NCBI GenBank assembly: GCA_964016885.1
Contig: OZ024742.1
Coordinates: forward strand, 21,266,001 to 21,330,000
DNA: 64,000 bases
Origin: Eledone cirrhosa
Lineage: Eukaryota
Direction: 5' to 3'
Shown here: one piece after another, positions 27,888 to 41,155 of the stretch
How positions within the stretch are numbered: position 1 is the stretch's first letter
Layout of the letters: each line of letters opens with the position of its first letter
The notes under the pieces: generated by a model
Databases searched by the model: none
What the model was told of the DNA's origin: nothing
The model's input: the letters and a program-made list of their open reading frames with translations, nothing else
Program-made: the position numbers and the translations under genes

Positions 27888-29060
27888 TTAAACCTTATTT
27901 AATGTTGGTCTATATTTTTGAATAAACATATTTTCCTTATTTATTCGCATTTGTTCTGTTGTATTGTTAGCGCAAAGGTAAAATGGGAAGACTTGGAATT
28001 TGGGTGTCTTATTACTTGCGCAAATGTCTAGATGTGCACTTAGTGGTATTTTTCTCGTGGTTGGATCTCGTAATTGTTGGCGATGAACTGTCATTCTGTT
28101 TCTGAGTGTGAGTTTAGTTTGTCCTATATAATCTTCATTGCATCCTTTACATTTAATGGCATAAATTAGATTTTTTGATGAGCAAGTGAAGTGATTTTTT
28201 ACAGTAAAATTTTGTCCTGATTTAAATGTATACGTGTTGCCTTCAATGAGGTGAGTGCAGGTTCCACAATTAGAGCGACCACATTTTTTGATACTTGGTT
28301 GTGGGTTTGTGGTAGGTAATTTGGCATTGGTGAGTAATGTTTTCAGTGATTTTGGTTGTCTTTTGCTTTTGATTATTTTGTGTGTTTCAAGGGCTTTTTT
28401 CATTCTTGGGTTTTGTTTTAGTAGTGGGATGTTATTGTGAATAGTGTTGTAAGCTTCCGCATTTCTTGGGTTGTGTGTTGAGATATATGATAGAATATTG
28501 GACGTACCTTGAATTTGTTTCTGTTTCCGTAATTCATCAATGCCTATTGCTTTAGCCCTTTCTATTCCATTATTTATTAGTAATAGTGGGTACTCTCTCT
28601 CAAGTAGAATTTCCTTTAATTCTTGAAGTCTTTTATTTCGCGTTTCATAATTGGAGACAATTGTGCAAATTCTTCTTGCTAGGTTAAAAGGAATGTTCGT
28701 CTTCGTGTGCTTTGGATGGTTGGAGGTGAATAGCAGATATTGTTTGGAATCTGTTGGTTTGTAGTGTATGTCAGTTTCGATATTTGTGTCTTTTTTTGTG
28801 ATTAAGATGTCCAGAAATGGGAGTTGATCTTGGCTGTATTCCATTGTGAATTGGATGTGATTATTGATGCCGTTTATTAAGTTTTTGAAATCCTTCAGTT
28901 GGTCGAGTGTGTGGGACCAAAGAATGAGGCAATCATCCAAGTAGCGTTTCCAATTCTCTGATAAATATTTGTGGAAGTTCAATCCGTATTTTGATATGGA
29001 CTGTTCATATATCTGGACTTCTAAGTATGCCATGACTAAGTTGGCATAAGTTGGAGCGGC
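27888..29060 (-). CDS. PLE RT (partial), CxxxxCxxC linker and GIY-YIG endonuclease, uninterrupted
   Basis: APTYANL, RYLDD, LPFLD, YKPTD, CGRSNCGTC, LIYAIKCKGC..YIGQT..R..H, LN. Confidence 0.85.
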   Translation of the reverse strand, partial: AAPTYANLVMAYLEVQIYEQSISKYGLNFHKYLSENWKRYLDDCLILWSHTLDQLKDFKNLINGINNHIQFTMEYSQDQLPFLDILITKKDTNIETDIHYKPTDSKQYLLFTSNHPKHTKTNIPFNLARRICTIVSNYETRNKRLQELKEILLEREYPLLLINNGIERAKAIGIDELRKQKQIQGTSNILSYISTHNPRNAEAYNTIHNNIPLLKQNPRMKKALETHKIIKSKRQPKSLKTLLTNAKLPTTNPQPSIKKCGRSNCGTCTHLIEGNTYTFKSGQNFTVKNHFTCSSKNLIYAIKCKGCNEDYIGQTKLTLRNRMTVHRQQLRDPTTRKIPLSAHLDICASNKTPKFQVFPFYLCANNTTEQMRINKENMFIQKYRPTLNKV

Positions 29061-29136
29061 TTTTTCCATATAAAACAAGTAACATTTAGAGACCAACCAG
29101 ATGTGAGAAAAACCACAGACCCTCCATCTCAACTCA

Positions 29137-29174
29137 CCTTTTGAAAAGCAGAAGAACTGCGAAACCGGTAAAGG
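29137..29174 (+). ncRNA. hammerhead ribozyme, U3:A8 variant (copies at 26818-26855 -, 35073-35109 -, 37736-37773 +, 38253-38289 -)
   Basis: cctt-TTGAAAA-gcag aagaa ctgc-GAAA-ccgg-TA-aagg. Confidence 0.75.
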
Positions 29175-29304
29175 AACCAAATAAATATATATATTTTAAA
29201 AAAAATAAGACTTCAGTTGCATTTTCGATTTCATCCCTTTTTCTTTATACTTCCACTCGTGTAGGACACCTCGGTTATTTTTCATTTTGTAAAAAAAACC
29301 TCAC

Positions 29305-29344
<40 letters not shown>

Positions 29345-29409
29345 ATAATAATAAAAGAGGGCTCGATAAGGATAAATATATATCAAATATATAAGAACCG
29401 TAGAGCAAA

Positions 29410-30583
29410 TATTTATTAAAATAACAGATTAAAGTTTAAACAAAGAATCGCTGCTTTCACCCTTAACGGGATCTTCTGAAACTAACAAAGTCAATCTGTA
29501 AACGCAGAAGTCGATATTTCAAAAAACGTTGCAGCCTGAGGAAGACAGGAAGACGATACTTTGGTTCGTGGAAACGTTCCCTGGCAAAGAACGGGAAAAA
29601 ACGAATATAATACGTCATTAATAGGAGCGGTGAAAAACAATTACACGCAAAGACAGAACCACGTTTATGGTATAAAAGAAGTCGTAGAAGTATATAATAC
29701 CTGTATGTTTTGTCAAGGTACGTATACTTTCTGGTACGTATATTTGATTGTATATGTTATGGCGTATATTTTTATATATTCTGGTACATATGCTTTTGGT
29801 TATGTGTATACGGGAGTTTTGCGTCTGTGTGAGTATGCGGGTTCTTACGTATGTTGGGTGTATGTATGTGTACTTCATGTTTTGGTTGACATGCGTCTCC
29901 GAACATTTGTGTATTTACATGTAGGTATGTGTGTGTGCTTGTTATATACGAATTTATTTATTTATATACGTTTATTTAATTATTTAATTATTTATTTATT
30001 TGTATACACGCACGCACACACTTAAATATATGGGCGTGGTTTCGTATACCTATGGCGAGGGTTTTCGCGTGTATGTATTTATTTCATTTCAATTACCTCT
30101 GTATTGTATTTTATTTACTTTATTCCTAACTCTGAAACGGAGAATCATTCGGTTTCCTAGATAGAATTTTAGTCTACGACTTCTGCTATACCATTTACGT
30201 GGTTTTGTCTTTGCCTGCAATTCTTCTCCACGCTCCACATATGACGTGTTATCTTCGTTTTTCCGTACATTGCCAGAGAACGTCTCTATGAACCACCTAA
30301 GAGAACATTAGTCTACGACTTCTTTTATACCATAAACGTGGCCCTGTCTTTGCGTGTAATTGTTTTTCACCGCTCCTATTAATGACGTATTATATTCGTT
30401 TTTTCCCGTTCTTTGCCAGGTAACGTTTCCACGAACCAAAGTATCGTCTTCCTGTCTTCCTCCAGTTGCAACGATTTTTGAAATATCCACTTCTGCATTT
30501 ACAGATTGACTTTGTTAGTTTCAAAAGATCCAGTTAAGGGTGAAAGCAGCGATTCTTTGCTTAAACTTTAATCTGTTATTTTA

Positions 30584-30590
<7 letters not shown>
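29410..30590. mobile_element. inverted-repeat PLE-like remnant (29410-29688 / 30313-30590) plus a diverged third copy at about 30170-30300
   Basis: ~280-bp inverted arms; degenerate hammerhead-like caGAAGA-tcccgttaagggt-GAAA; (TA)n flanks. Confidence 0.6.
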
Positions 30591-30623
<33 letters not shown>

Positions 30624-30628
<5 letters not shown>

Positions 30629-33362
30629 AAAGAACACAAGAGCGTCTACAACATCAAAAGATTTTTATTGGCTTACAATGTTTCTTCCTTACGTAACCGT
30701 AGGATTCGTCAGAGCTATAAAAGGGGTTTGATTGGTGTTATGGACTCTACCAATCCTTTTTAAAAAATAATAGCACCCAATACAAACTTTTTTGGAGGAA
30801 GCTTACTAGATCCACGCCATACCGACCGCAGAGCGGAAGTTGTGACCTTTGTTTACTGGAATGCCATGCCATAATACACTCTAAACTGAACCTGCTTAAC
30901 GGGAAATCGGAAATGTTCTCCTCTTGCCAACACAAAATCCTGAGTTGCTTCTTCTATTTTAAACCTAGCACATAGACGTAACATATATCACGCAACCCCC
31001 ACCTAGACTATAGCTCCCCCCCAACCCGTAACCCAGATAGATAGGTACCCTAAGGGTGGAACAGTCCCCTACAAGGTTGGTGTTTTTGCGTATGTATGTA
31101 TGTGTGTGTATGTGTGTGTGTGTGTGTGTGTATTCTCCTTTTTTCTCTCACACACACACACACACACACACACAGACATATGTATGTGTGTGTGCGTACG
31201 TGTGTGCATGCATGCATGCATGTGTGCGTGCATTGTATGCATGTATATTGTATATATATATATATATATGTATATTGTATGCATGCGTATTATATTGTGT
31301 GTATGTGTATATGTGACATGTATGAGTATCAATGTATGTATGCGTATGTGTGTGTATGTGTATGTGTGTGTGTGTAATGTGTGTATGTATGTGTATATGT
31401 ATGTATACTTTTCTGTAGAAATCATCTCTATATGTGGTGTTTGTCATGAATTCCTCCTATAATACTCTTCTTTGAGAGGAGCACGATATGTAGAGTAACA
31501 AATATGTATTGTCGAAGTTGAAACTGAGAACCACCACCCCTCCTGCTGACCCAAATGTTTACTGAGGACCAGAACACCATTCTCCGCAATATAAGAGAGA
31601 AATGCGCTTGCCGGACTATTGATGACAATAACATCACATTCCAAGGTAATGGCAAAACACAGTGAATGCTATGCACGACCAGAACACCACAACATGCACA
31701 TCGGAACAACACATATATAATATCAATAGGCGAATCAACTGAATTTTTTAAGTTGAAATACATATAAATATGTGTCTGTGTGTATCGAACACACGTACAA
31801 ATAAAGAAGCTGCCGACCTAAATGTACCTGTCATGCCTGTCTGAATTCCTAAGGGAATTTTCGGCCAGTTGCTGTCTTGACCGATTGTAGAATCAGTGGG
31901 TGAATCAATTGAGTTTTTTGAGTTGAAATACATATAAATGTGTGTCTGTGTGTGTCGGACACACGTACACATAAAGAAGCTGCTGACCTAAATGTGCCTG
32001 TCATGCCTGTCTGAATTCTTAAGAGAATTTTCGGTCAGTTGCTGACTTGACCGATTAACCCCACAATTACTACGTAGCGGTTCTTGCACGTGACTGCTGG
32101 ACCCGGATGAAATGAAGACGAAGAATTTCCTTGCGTACCGTTTTGTACCACAGATGCGATCTCACCCTGCCTCGTTAATGTTCTATCGACACCAAAGTTC
32201 TACGGTCGGGGCAATAGAATTGAATCCAACCACCAACCACATAGTTGGATGACCGATACTCACACCAAACCGGAGTACTGTGATCCTTGTGATTTCGAGA
32301 TATACCACCACCGACACTGTTACGAAGACCAGAAAACCATACTCCATAATATTGAACCAAGTGATTGATTTGTGCGACCAAAATAACACCACACACATAT
32401 TGAACTAGGAATATTGGATCCTCCTCCAATGTCTGGGTGAGCAAAAATAGATTTCTATCTGCATTGGAATTTACGAACTTGTGCATCTGCTGTGGTGTCA
32501 AAAACAAACGCACATGACCGCACAGATAAACAATGAACTATGCCACGTGGCTTGAACCTGTAAGTGAATTGAAGGTTCTGTAATTCTGATATACAGATTG
32601 TTTATTATTAAGATGTATAAACTTGACATAACTATTATCATCTTATATTCTTCCAACTAATCACATTTGATCATATTTCTCTATCCCGTTTTCTCCCCCC
32701 ATAATTATAATATTTTTATTTTTATTTTTATTTGAAAAAAATCGGTTTTTTTACATTGTGTTTTCCCCTCCAAATACTCGCTTATATTTCTTTATATATT
32801 CTCTATATATTTTTTTACATATACATCTCTTATCTTTATTATTTTCACTTTTATCCTCCTTTATATTTTACCTTATTCTTACTTTTATACCTTATTATAG
32901 TGTAATCTTCCCCATGCCTTATTATACATTATTAATTATAGATTATTATTATTACTCTTTTTCCATTTCTAATTACCTCATGTACTTTCTCCTCCGTTAT
33001 ATATATATATATTGTATGCCCTTTGTGTCTGTGTGGCCTCTGAACACCCTCTGCACCATACTATCGACGCCACCCCATCTATGGTTCAGCTAACCACTCG
33101 ACTCCCGGGAATGAATATGACCGCAGCTAGTAAACAAGGACCCACACCCCACCCTCCCGCACCAAAATTAGACTTATCTTCCCCTACTTTTGCTCTTTAC
33201 TCTCTTTACTCTTTGTTCTGGAATGTTTGGTTGGTAGAGTCCATAACACCAATCAAACCCCTTTTATAGCTCTGACGAATCCTACGGTTACGTAAGGAAG
33301 AAACATTGTAAGCCAATAAAAATCTTTTGATGTTGTAGACGCTCTTGTGTTCTTTATCATAT
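30624..33362 (+). mobile_element. Naiad-like PLE remnant: inverted pLTR, endonuclease C-terminus, long 3' region, pLTR
   Basis: Inverted arms 30624-30753 / 33231-33362; 30765-30960 encodes YKLFWRK..PY..CDLCLLE..LLNGKSEMFSSCQHK. Confidence 0.75.
33269..33313 (+). ncRNA. hammerhead ribozyme (mirror copy 30671-30715, minus strand)
   Basis: gct-CTGACGA-atcctacggttacgtaaggaa-GAAA-cattg-TA-agc, with intact core. Confidence 0.75.
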
Positions 33363-33455
33363 ATACGCCTCTGCTCCAAAGCATAGAGCTAATTATTATG
33401 CTGCCAACACCTTAATGGGACACGGGTATACAATACCTAACTCCTATTAACCTAA

Positions 33456-33521
<66 letters not shown>

Positions 33522-33849
33522 TAAAATATGTCTTTAGAATCACTAGATATAATATATACCAATTCCTCTCCCAATTAGTATAATTAACCATATAAAAAAT
33601 CAATTAGACCAAGCTATAAGAATAAAGGCTTCTATGAAAAAATCTCCGACAAATAACCGAAAGCAGCCCCTTCGCGGTGGCTACAATAGATTATTTATCT
33701 AACATTTCGACAGCATGTAAACATCGACCAGATATACAGTCAACTAAACACAATTAGGTGTAAAATTGAACTTAGAAGAATTGCGTACATAGCTAAATAC
33801 CTCTACCATGGTTTCATCCATAATTTAAGAATCTGATAACGAGGAATGT

Positions 33850-33897
<48 letters not shown>

Positions 33898-33901
<4 letters not shown>

Positions 33902-34705
33902 CGCAAGAATCAAAGCTATGTTCAAAGCATTTATTCACTTAAAATTGTACTTACAATTTACTGCCGATAATAAACCGCTGTAAATTCTCGCAGCAGAATC
34001 AATCTATTCTATAAATTTGGATTAAATAACACTGAGCCGCAATAAGCTAAAATAATTTAATTTAATGAATCAAACATCCAATACGGAAACATCGTTATTT
34101 ATGTGATGGATGTAGACACTATAATTACTTTTCTTGAATGTGAAAATGGTGGTGGATACGAAAACCATAACTTTCTTTTGCTTCTCCTTTTTATTTTTAT
34201 TTTTCTGCACACATACTTTTTTATTATATACAAAAAATACCCTACCACTACAACCACCATAATACTCTTACTTACCCGCTTAAACTGCTTGTATTACATG
34301 TAACACCCTGCCACATAATAATCATATATAAATGGGACACACTTGCATGCCCCACGTGTAACTAACGCATACACTAACTACTACATCTGACTAACAAACT
34401 ATCCTCTTGCATTATCTGTGTTAACTGCCGAATGTATTTTAATTTTGTTTTAATTTTGTTTTAAATTTAATTTTCATTTGATTTTGAATTTGAATTGCTA
34501 TACAGAAATAATATAGTATAATATATGTCACTCCACTGTACATCAATATATATATATATATGTATCTGTATGTCTCTTGCGTTGGAAAGGAGGTCAATTA
34601 TGTGTACAAACATTGAAAAATGCTCCGAAGACAACAAGCCGAGGTTTAGATGAAACAATTGTAAGTGAATAAATGCTTTGAACATAGCTTTGATTCTTGC
34701 GAATT
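33898..34705 (+). mobile_element. PLE-like remnant with short inverted ends (33898-33940 / 34663-34705)
   Basis: ~43-bp inverted repeat; CCGAAGA..GAAA-caattg-TA motif at 34621-34667. Confidence 0.55.
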
Positions 34706-34876
34706 CTATTCTATATAACTGCTCTGTAGAACAACTGATGTTATTACATTGAGTTATTTATCTTACTGGTAATAAGGTAGTAATAAATTACTGACTTTCA
34801 CTGTTTAGGCTTTTAAATATACATAACTATAAAAAGTTTTAGTATATACATAACCATAAATAGTATCCTTAATATT

Positions 34877-34952
<76 letters not shown>

Positions 34953-35510
34953 AGAAAGTGATGTTTTTTTTACAAAATGTGTCCTACACGAGTGAAAGTA
35001 TAAAGAAAAAAAGATGAACTCGAAAATGCAACTGGAGTCTTATTTTTAAAAAAAAAATATATTTATTTGGTTCCTTTACCGGTTTCGCAGTTCTTCTACT
35101 TTTCAAAAGTAGAGTTGAGATGGAGGGTCTGTGGTTTTTCTCACATCTGGTGGTCTTTGAATGATACTTGTTTTATATAGAAAAAAGTGGCTCGAAACGC
35201 CAGGTTTTTAGAGAAGTAATTTGATTGATTGGTCAATAAGTATAATAAATTCGGGTCCGTTCGCGTTACAAAGTTCTTCAAACAAGGGGGGGCGGGCCCA
35301 GGTTGTTTTTTTCATATATGAGTGTTTGAATTTCTTTTTACTTTAAAAAAGAGGCTCACGAAGGCTTTTTTATAAATATCATTTGATTGGTTATAAATGA
35401 AATTATTGTTGTCACGCGAACAAGTTATTAAATATCGCGCCCGTATTTGAGAATTTATTTTGTAGACTTTTAGAGAATTTTATGACAAACAAAATATAAT
35501 GGTCAAGAGA
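34953..35510 (-). mobile_element. solo 3' region/pLTR of the Neptune-like family
   Basis: Collinear with about 26745-27270. Confidence 0.8.
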
Positions 35511-35526
35511 AATGGGATGGGAGAAT

Positions 35527-35623
<97 letters not shown>

Positions 35624-35637
35624 TATATATGTATATG

Positions 35638-36430
<793 letters not shown>

Positions 36431-36962
36431 ATATATGTGTGTATATATATATATATAGGAGGAAGTTATAGTTCACTTGAAGCATTGTGTAATGAGGTAT
36501 ACACGTTTGAATTTGTAAAGCCAAAACAATGCAGGTATGGACATAGAAGAAATAATGCAAATGCAAAAGATATTGTTGACAATTAGTCTTTTAGGTTAGA
36601 TTTATTTAAATGTCCTTAATTTTCGAGATAATATCTCTTCTTCGGAGGGAAGTAAAGTGGTTAAACCAGTGTTCTAAATAGCTTGCCAATTCATGCTGAC
36701 AGGAAATGGTATAGTGTATCTGTTCTATCTCTAATGTCAAAGAGTTAAGGTTAGGTGGATAAAGAGTAGTCTCCCTTTAAAAGGTTTTTTTTGGTACATG
36801 TCTGTTTAAGTGTGTTGGAGAATGCGTGAATGTGTAAATATGTGTGTGTGAGTGTGAGAAGATATGTCTATACGTAAATGTGGGGGATAGATGTTCTCTC
36901 GTGTTAGAACTGGTCTTTGTGTGTGTATGTGTGTGTGAGAGAGAATAAGTGGAGGTGTAAGC

Positions 36963-36993
<31 letters not shown>

Positions 36994-37038
36994 CGTATGT
37001 GTGTGCGTGTGTGTGGGATGGGGGTGTAGAAATAGAAG

Positions 37039-37180
37039 ACTGCCCACTTTCTAGCACCTCATCAAGACCCACAAGTATAGTACTAAGACACAAATAAGAC
37101 CCATCGTCTCTAGCATAGAAGGACTCCTATACAAAATCCCCTGGCTCCTCTCCCAGGTCCTCAAGCCTCTACTCTCCACC
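37039..37180 (+). pseudogene. PLE reverse transcriptase fragment
   Basis: Manual translation F*HLIKTHK..IRPIVSSIEG..YKI..LLSQVLKPLL, the PLE-type K.HK..RPIVS motif. Confidence 0.65.
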
Positions 37181-37703
37181 TTTCGCGGGCATGTCCCGTT
37201 TGAGCATTCGATGGTCTCATAGATCGTGCCTCGAGCTGGTCACCACAGAACCGATTGTAATATGTCCAATAAATTCCATTCGTCGCAACACTGATTCTCT
37301 TTTTTTCTGTGATATAAATATATATATACTACTCTATTACGTGTTTCAGGCGAGGGGCTGAGTCTATGCTGGGGCATCTTAGAAATTAAATGATCTCCAA
37401 TATACTGTTGAATGAAAGAATTACTCTTGAAGAATTAATTTGGATATAAATTTAATATGAATTTAATATAATTATTCTCTAATAACATATCGGGCAGCTT
37501 TTTTTTAAAACTATAGTGTTTTTCCGATCCCTTATTGAATATCAGCCTTAATTATAGATCATATACACAGGCAAATATATATATATATATTTAATTAGAA
37601 CAACACAATATACAACTACTCCATTACCTAAGGTTTCAGGGCCTTAGACAATATTAACATAGGTCTAGATCGTTCATCATACATATATATATATATATAT
37701 ATT

Positions 37704-37896
37704 GAGAAAAACCACTAAACCTCCATCTCAATCCTACATTTGAAAAGCAGAAGAACTGGGAAACCGGTAAAGGAACCAAATAAATATATATTTAAAAAAA
37801 AAGACTCCAGCTGCATTTTCCATTTCATCTTTTTTCCTTATACATTCACTCGTGTAGGACACCTCATTTTTTTTTCATTTTGTAAAAAAACCTCAC

Positions 37897-37962
<66 letters not shown>

Positions 37963-38073
37963 ATACTTGGGGAAGGTCATATTGTAATAATATTGGCAGA
38001 ATTAATAACAGAACACACTCACTGTTTGGTTGGTTTTCGCTTCTGTATCTTTTATATATATATTAGAAAGTGA

Positions 38074-38122
<49 letters not shown>

Positions 38123-38321
38123 GTGAAGTTTTTTTACAAAATGAAAAATAACCGAGGTGTCCTACACGAGTGAAAGTATAAAGAAAGAAAAGATGAAATC
38201 GAAAATGCAAGTGGAGTCTTATTTTTAAAAATATATATATATTTATTTGGTTCCTTTACCGGTTTTGCAGTTCTTCTGCTTTTCAAAAGTAGAGTAGAGA
38301 TGGAGGGTCTGTGGTTTTTGT

Positions 38322-38325
<4 letters not shown>
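37704..38325. mobile_element. two inverted Neptune-family pLTR fragments (37704-37903 +, 38116-38325 -)
   Basis: Match 29105-29310. Confidence 0.8.
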
Positions 38326-38364
<39 letters not shown>

Positions 38365-38401
38365 AGAGAGAGAGAGAGGTGGCAGAGAGGAGAGAGAGAG
38401 T

Positions 38402-38442
<41 letters not shown>

Positions 38443-38719
38443 GATTATTAGGAAGAAACTTTTATTTCCGTTATTTTCTTCTTTTTCTGGGGGGTTAGAA
38501 AATGCTTAAAACAAATTATTTTACATTCTGTGAAGTGTCAAAGTATTAAATAATTTATTTATTTATTAACAATACCATTTATTTATTTATTTATTTAATA
38601 ATTAACAATTACCGGTTTCAGCATTTTATGCATTTTCAAATTATGTGAGTGGGAGAGGAAAAAGAGGAATTTGTGTTTGTACAAAATGTAGAAGAGAAAT
38701 TAAATGTTCCTTCGCCACA

Positions 38720-38774
<55 letters not shown>

Positions 38775-38990
38775 GAATGCTATGGTTGACAGGAGGCTCG
38801 GCTCTGTAAGTTATTGTAAATTTTGACCGCTATAACAATTGTAAATTGTTTAAAACTTTAATCAACTTGTAGACAAAAACACCCTCCTCCTCGTGAGAGG
38901 GGTCTTTCTGCCCGTTATTTGGCTATTCGGGGTTAAATAACCGCTTATTGGGGTTTTGTGCCCAATATTTATTTTAAACAAAAAAACAAC

Positions 38991-41120
38991 ATGGCTACGA
39001 AAAAGAATTGTCATAGGTCACTCCCACTCATTCCGTCTTCTTCTTCTTCAATCGTCACTACAGCAGAGAGAAGATTGTCTCTCTCCCTCCCTTCTCTAAA
39101 TGTGTCTCTCTCCCTCCGTTCTCTTTCGCAAGCGACGCCAGAAAAGAAAAATCACGTGCAAAGCGAGCAAGATTTCTCCACGACGACGACGACAACGACG
39201 AAAAAGGTGTGCGGGAAATACGAAAACCCATTTCATTCGTCTGACGTCAGGAATAATAGCAGTAGCAGCCGTATTAACAGCAGCAACATTGACAAGGAAA
39301 ACAACAGTAGCAGCCACGACAGCATCAGCAGCAGCATAAACAACAACAGCATTAGCAGCAACAACAACAGCAGCAGCAGCAGCAACAACAACAACAACCA
39401 CAGCAACAGCGGCGGCGGCAGTAGTCGTAGTACCTGCAGCAACAACAAAAGTAAGAGCAGATCTGACGACAACAACAACAACAAAAGCAGCAAAGAAAAA
39501 CCAATCTCGTTTGCAGGTATCGCAAAGAACCTGGAAACCATCCTCATAACAAATGAGGAATTAGAGGAAGCGAAGAAGATGGTGACAAAAACTGGACACC
39601 GAGCAATCTGCAAGGCAGCCGAAATTTTTTTCGAAACCCAACAGCACTGTACGGTCACGTACCGTACAGTAAGTACAAAATCCCGTAGGGTTGAAAGAGC
39701 CACAGAGGCTCAAATACAAAAAGCCTTGGGGTATGTGTGGCAGCGGAAAACGCACATCACCCGAGGCAAGAAATATGCCACCGTAGACGTACTTTTTGCC
39801 ACACCCCAGAAAGCAAAGGCTCAATCCTTAGTGACCCTAAGGAGCGAGGAAATGGTGTTGGTGCCCTCCTACTGCGGGCAAAAACTTGTGAGGGTCAAAC
39901 TGACCCCCCCCCCCGGGATGGCCCCTTCTTGGCTGGCCGCGTCTGTCCTCGTCGGAATCGAGGACAAAACAACTGTACTGCAAGTACAGTATAAAGTAAG
40001 AGAAGATTGGGTCGGCACCTCCATTGAGATATTAATCCAAACCAACCAGGAGTGCATCGAAGCTATCCCGGATGTGATAGACTTCGATAACGGCACTCAA
40101 CTGCCAATAAGTGTTGAGGGCAAACGCCCGAAATGCTTTCGCTGTGGATCGAAGACTCACCTCAGGGCCTTCTGCAACGAGAAGACCCTGAGAAAGGAGA
40201 AAATCCCCCTCCTTCCGAAACCGGCTCCACGGCTCCCAGCAACAGGACAAGCGGCAACCAGGAACGATAGGTCCGTGGCACCCATACCCACATCACGGAA
40301 ATCAAAAACAGCAGCAGCAGTGGAAGTATTAACAACAACAACAACAATACCAAATGCAGCTGCAACAGAGACTCCAGTGCAAACATCACCAACAACAACA
40401 AGTGAAAGAGTGGAGCTGGTACCCCTCCCCAACCTCACAGAATCAGACATGGAGTGTGAGGTGGGATAGGGATGGCAAAAGGTCGTAAGAAGGCACAAAC
40501 GCAGAAGCAGCGCATCGTCGCCTTTGATAAGGGAGGAAAGAAATGAAAAAAGGGTAAAGGCTACTGCAAAGAGACTCACAGCAGCAACACCACCAACACC
40601 ATCACCACCCCCACTAGCACCACCATCACCACCGGCGACAACCCCACCGCCAGCAACAACAACACCTTCAACACCACCACCACAAGCACCAACATCGCAA
40701 ACACAACAACAAAACACACACACCCAGCAACAAAGACAAGAAAATAGTAGAGCCACACCTCACCCCCAGAAAAACAAATGCACGGCATTAAATACACACA
40801 ACAAGAAACTAATGACTTGAATAATTGAACACACAGACATTTCACAGCACGCCTACATAATACCAGCACCAATCAAAACGCCAACTAACATAAGACTGCT
40901 AAAAATAGCACAGAAACAAGACACAAACATTAAAACGAAATTCCCCAACGCAGTTGGTGATTTCAGAGACCTAGGAGGGTCACTTAACCGAAGAGTATAT
41001 TCGGACATACTCATAGAAGAGCCGACGACCAGCCGAAGGGACGATTCAACGGTCCCTTCACCAGACGATCAAGTGCAATGGGATGGAAAAACCATCCCTC
41101 CTCTACGAAAAGTGCGGTAA
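38991..41120 (+). pseudogene. Tx1 ORF1 type B (Ser/Asn-rich N-terminus, RRM-like region, CCHC knuckle)
   Basis: CFRCGSKTHLRAFC; in-frame stop at 40467; ends PLRKVR*. Confidence 0.8.
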
Positions 41121-41155
41121 GTGGTCTTCCCCATCTTTTCCACTCTATTTTAAAC

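Larger units (their letters stand above)
26745..29310 (-). mobile_element. Neptune-like Penelope element, 5'-truncated, with 3' pLTR and an inverted partial pLTR at the 5' junction
   Basis: ORF on the minus strand; 26745-26932 is the inverted copy of about 29060-29250; (TA)n on both sides. Confidence 0.88.

Noticed and set aside
29061-29180. First 40 aa of the 430-aa ORF (same as the start of ORF 26812-27081)
   Set aside because: It is the inverted pLTR read in antisense; RT homology starts at AAPTYANL.
37621-37682. Hammerhead-like remnant on the minus strand (aTGATGA..GAAAccttaggTA)
   Set aside because: C3 and the 5' strand of stem I are lost to the TA tract; too degenerate to call.
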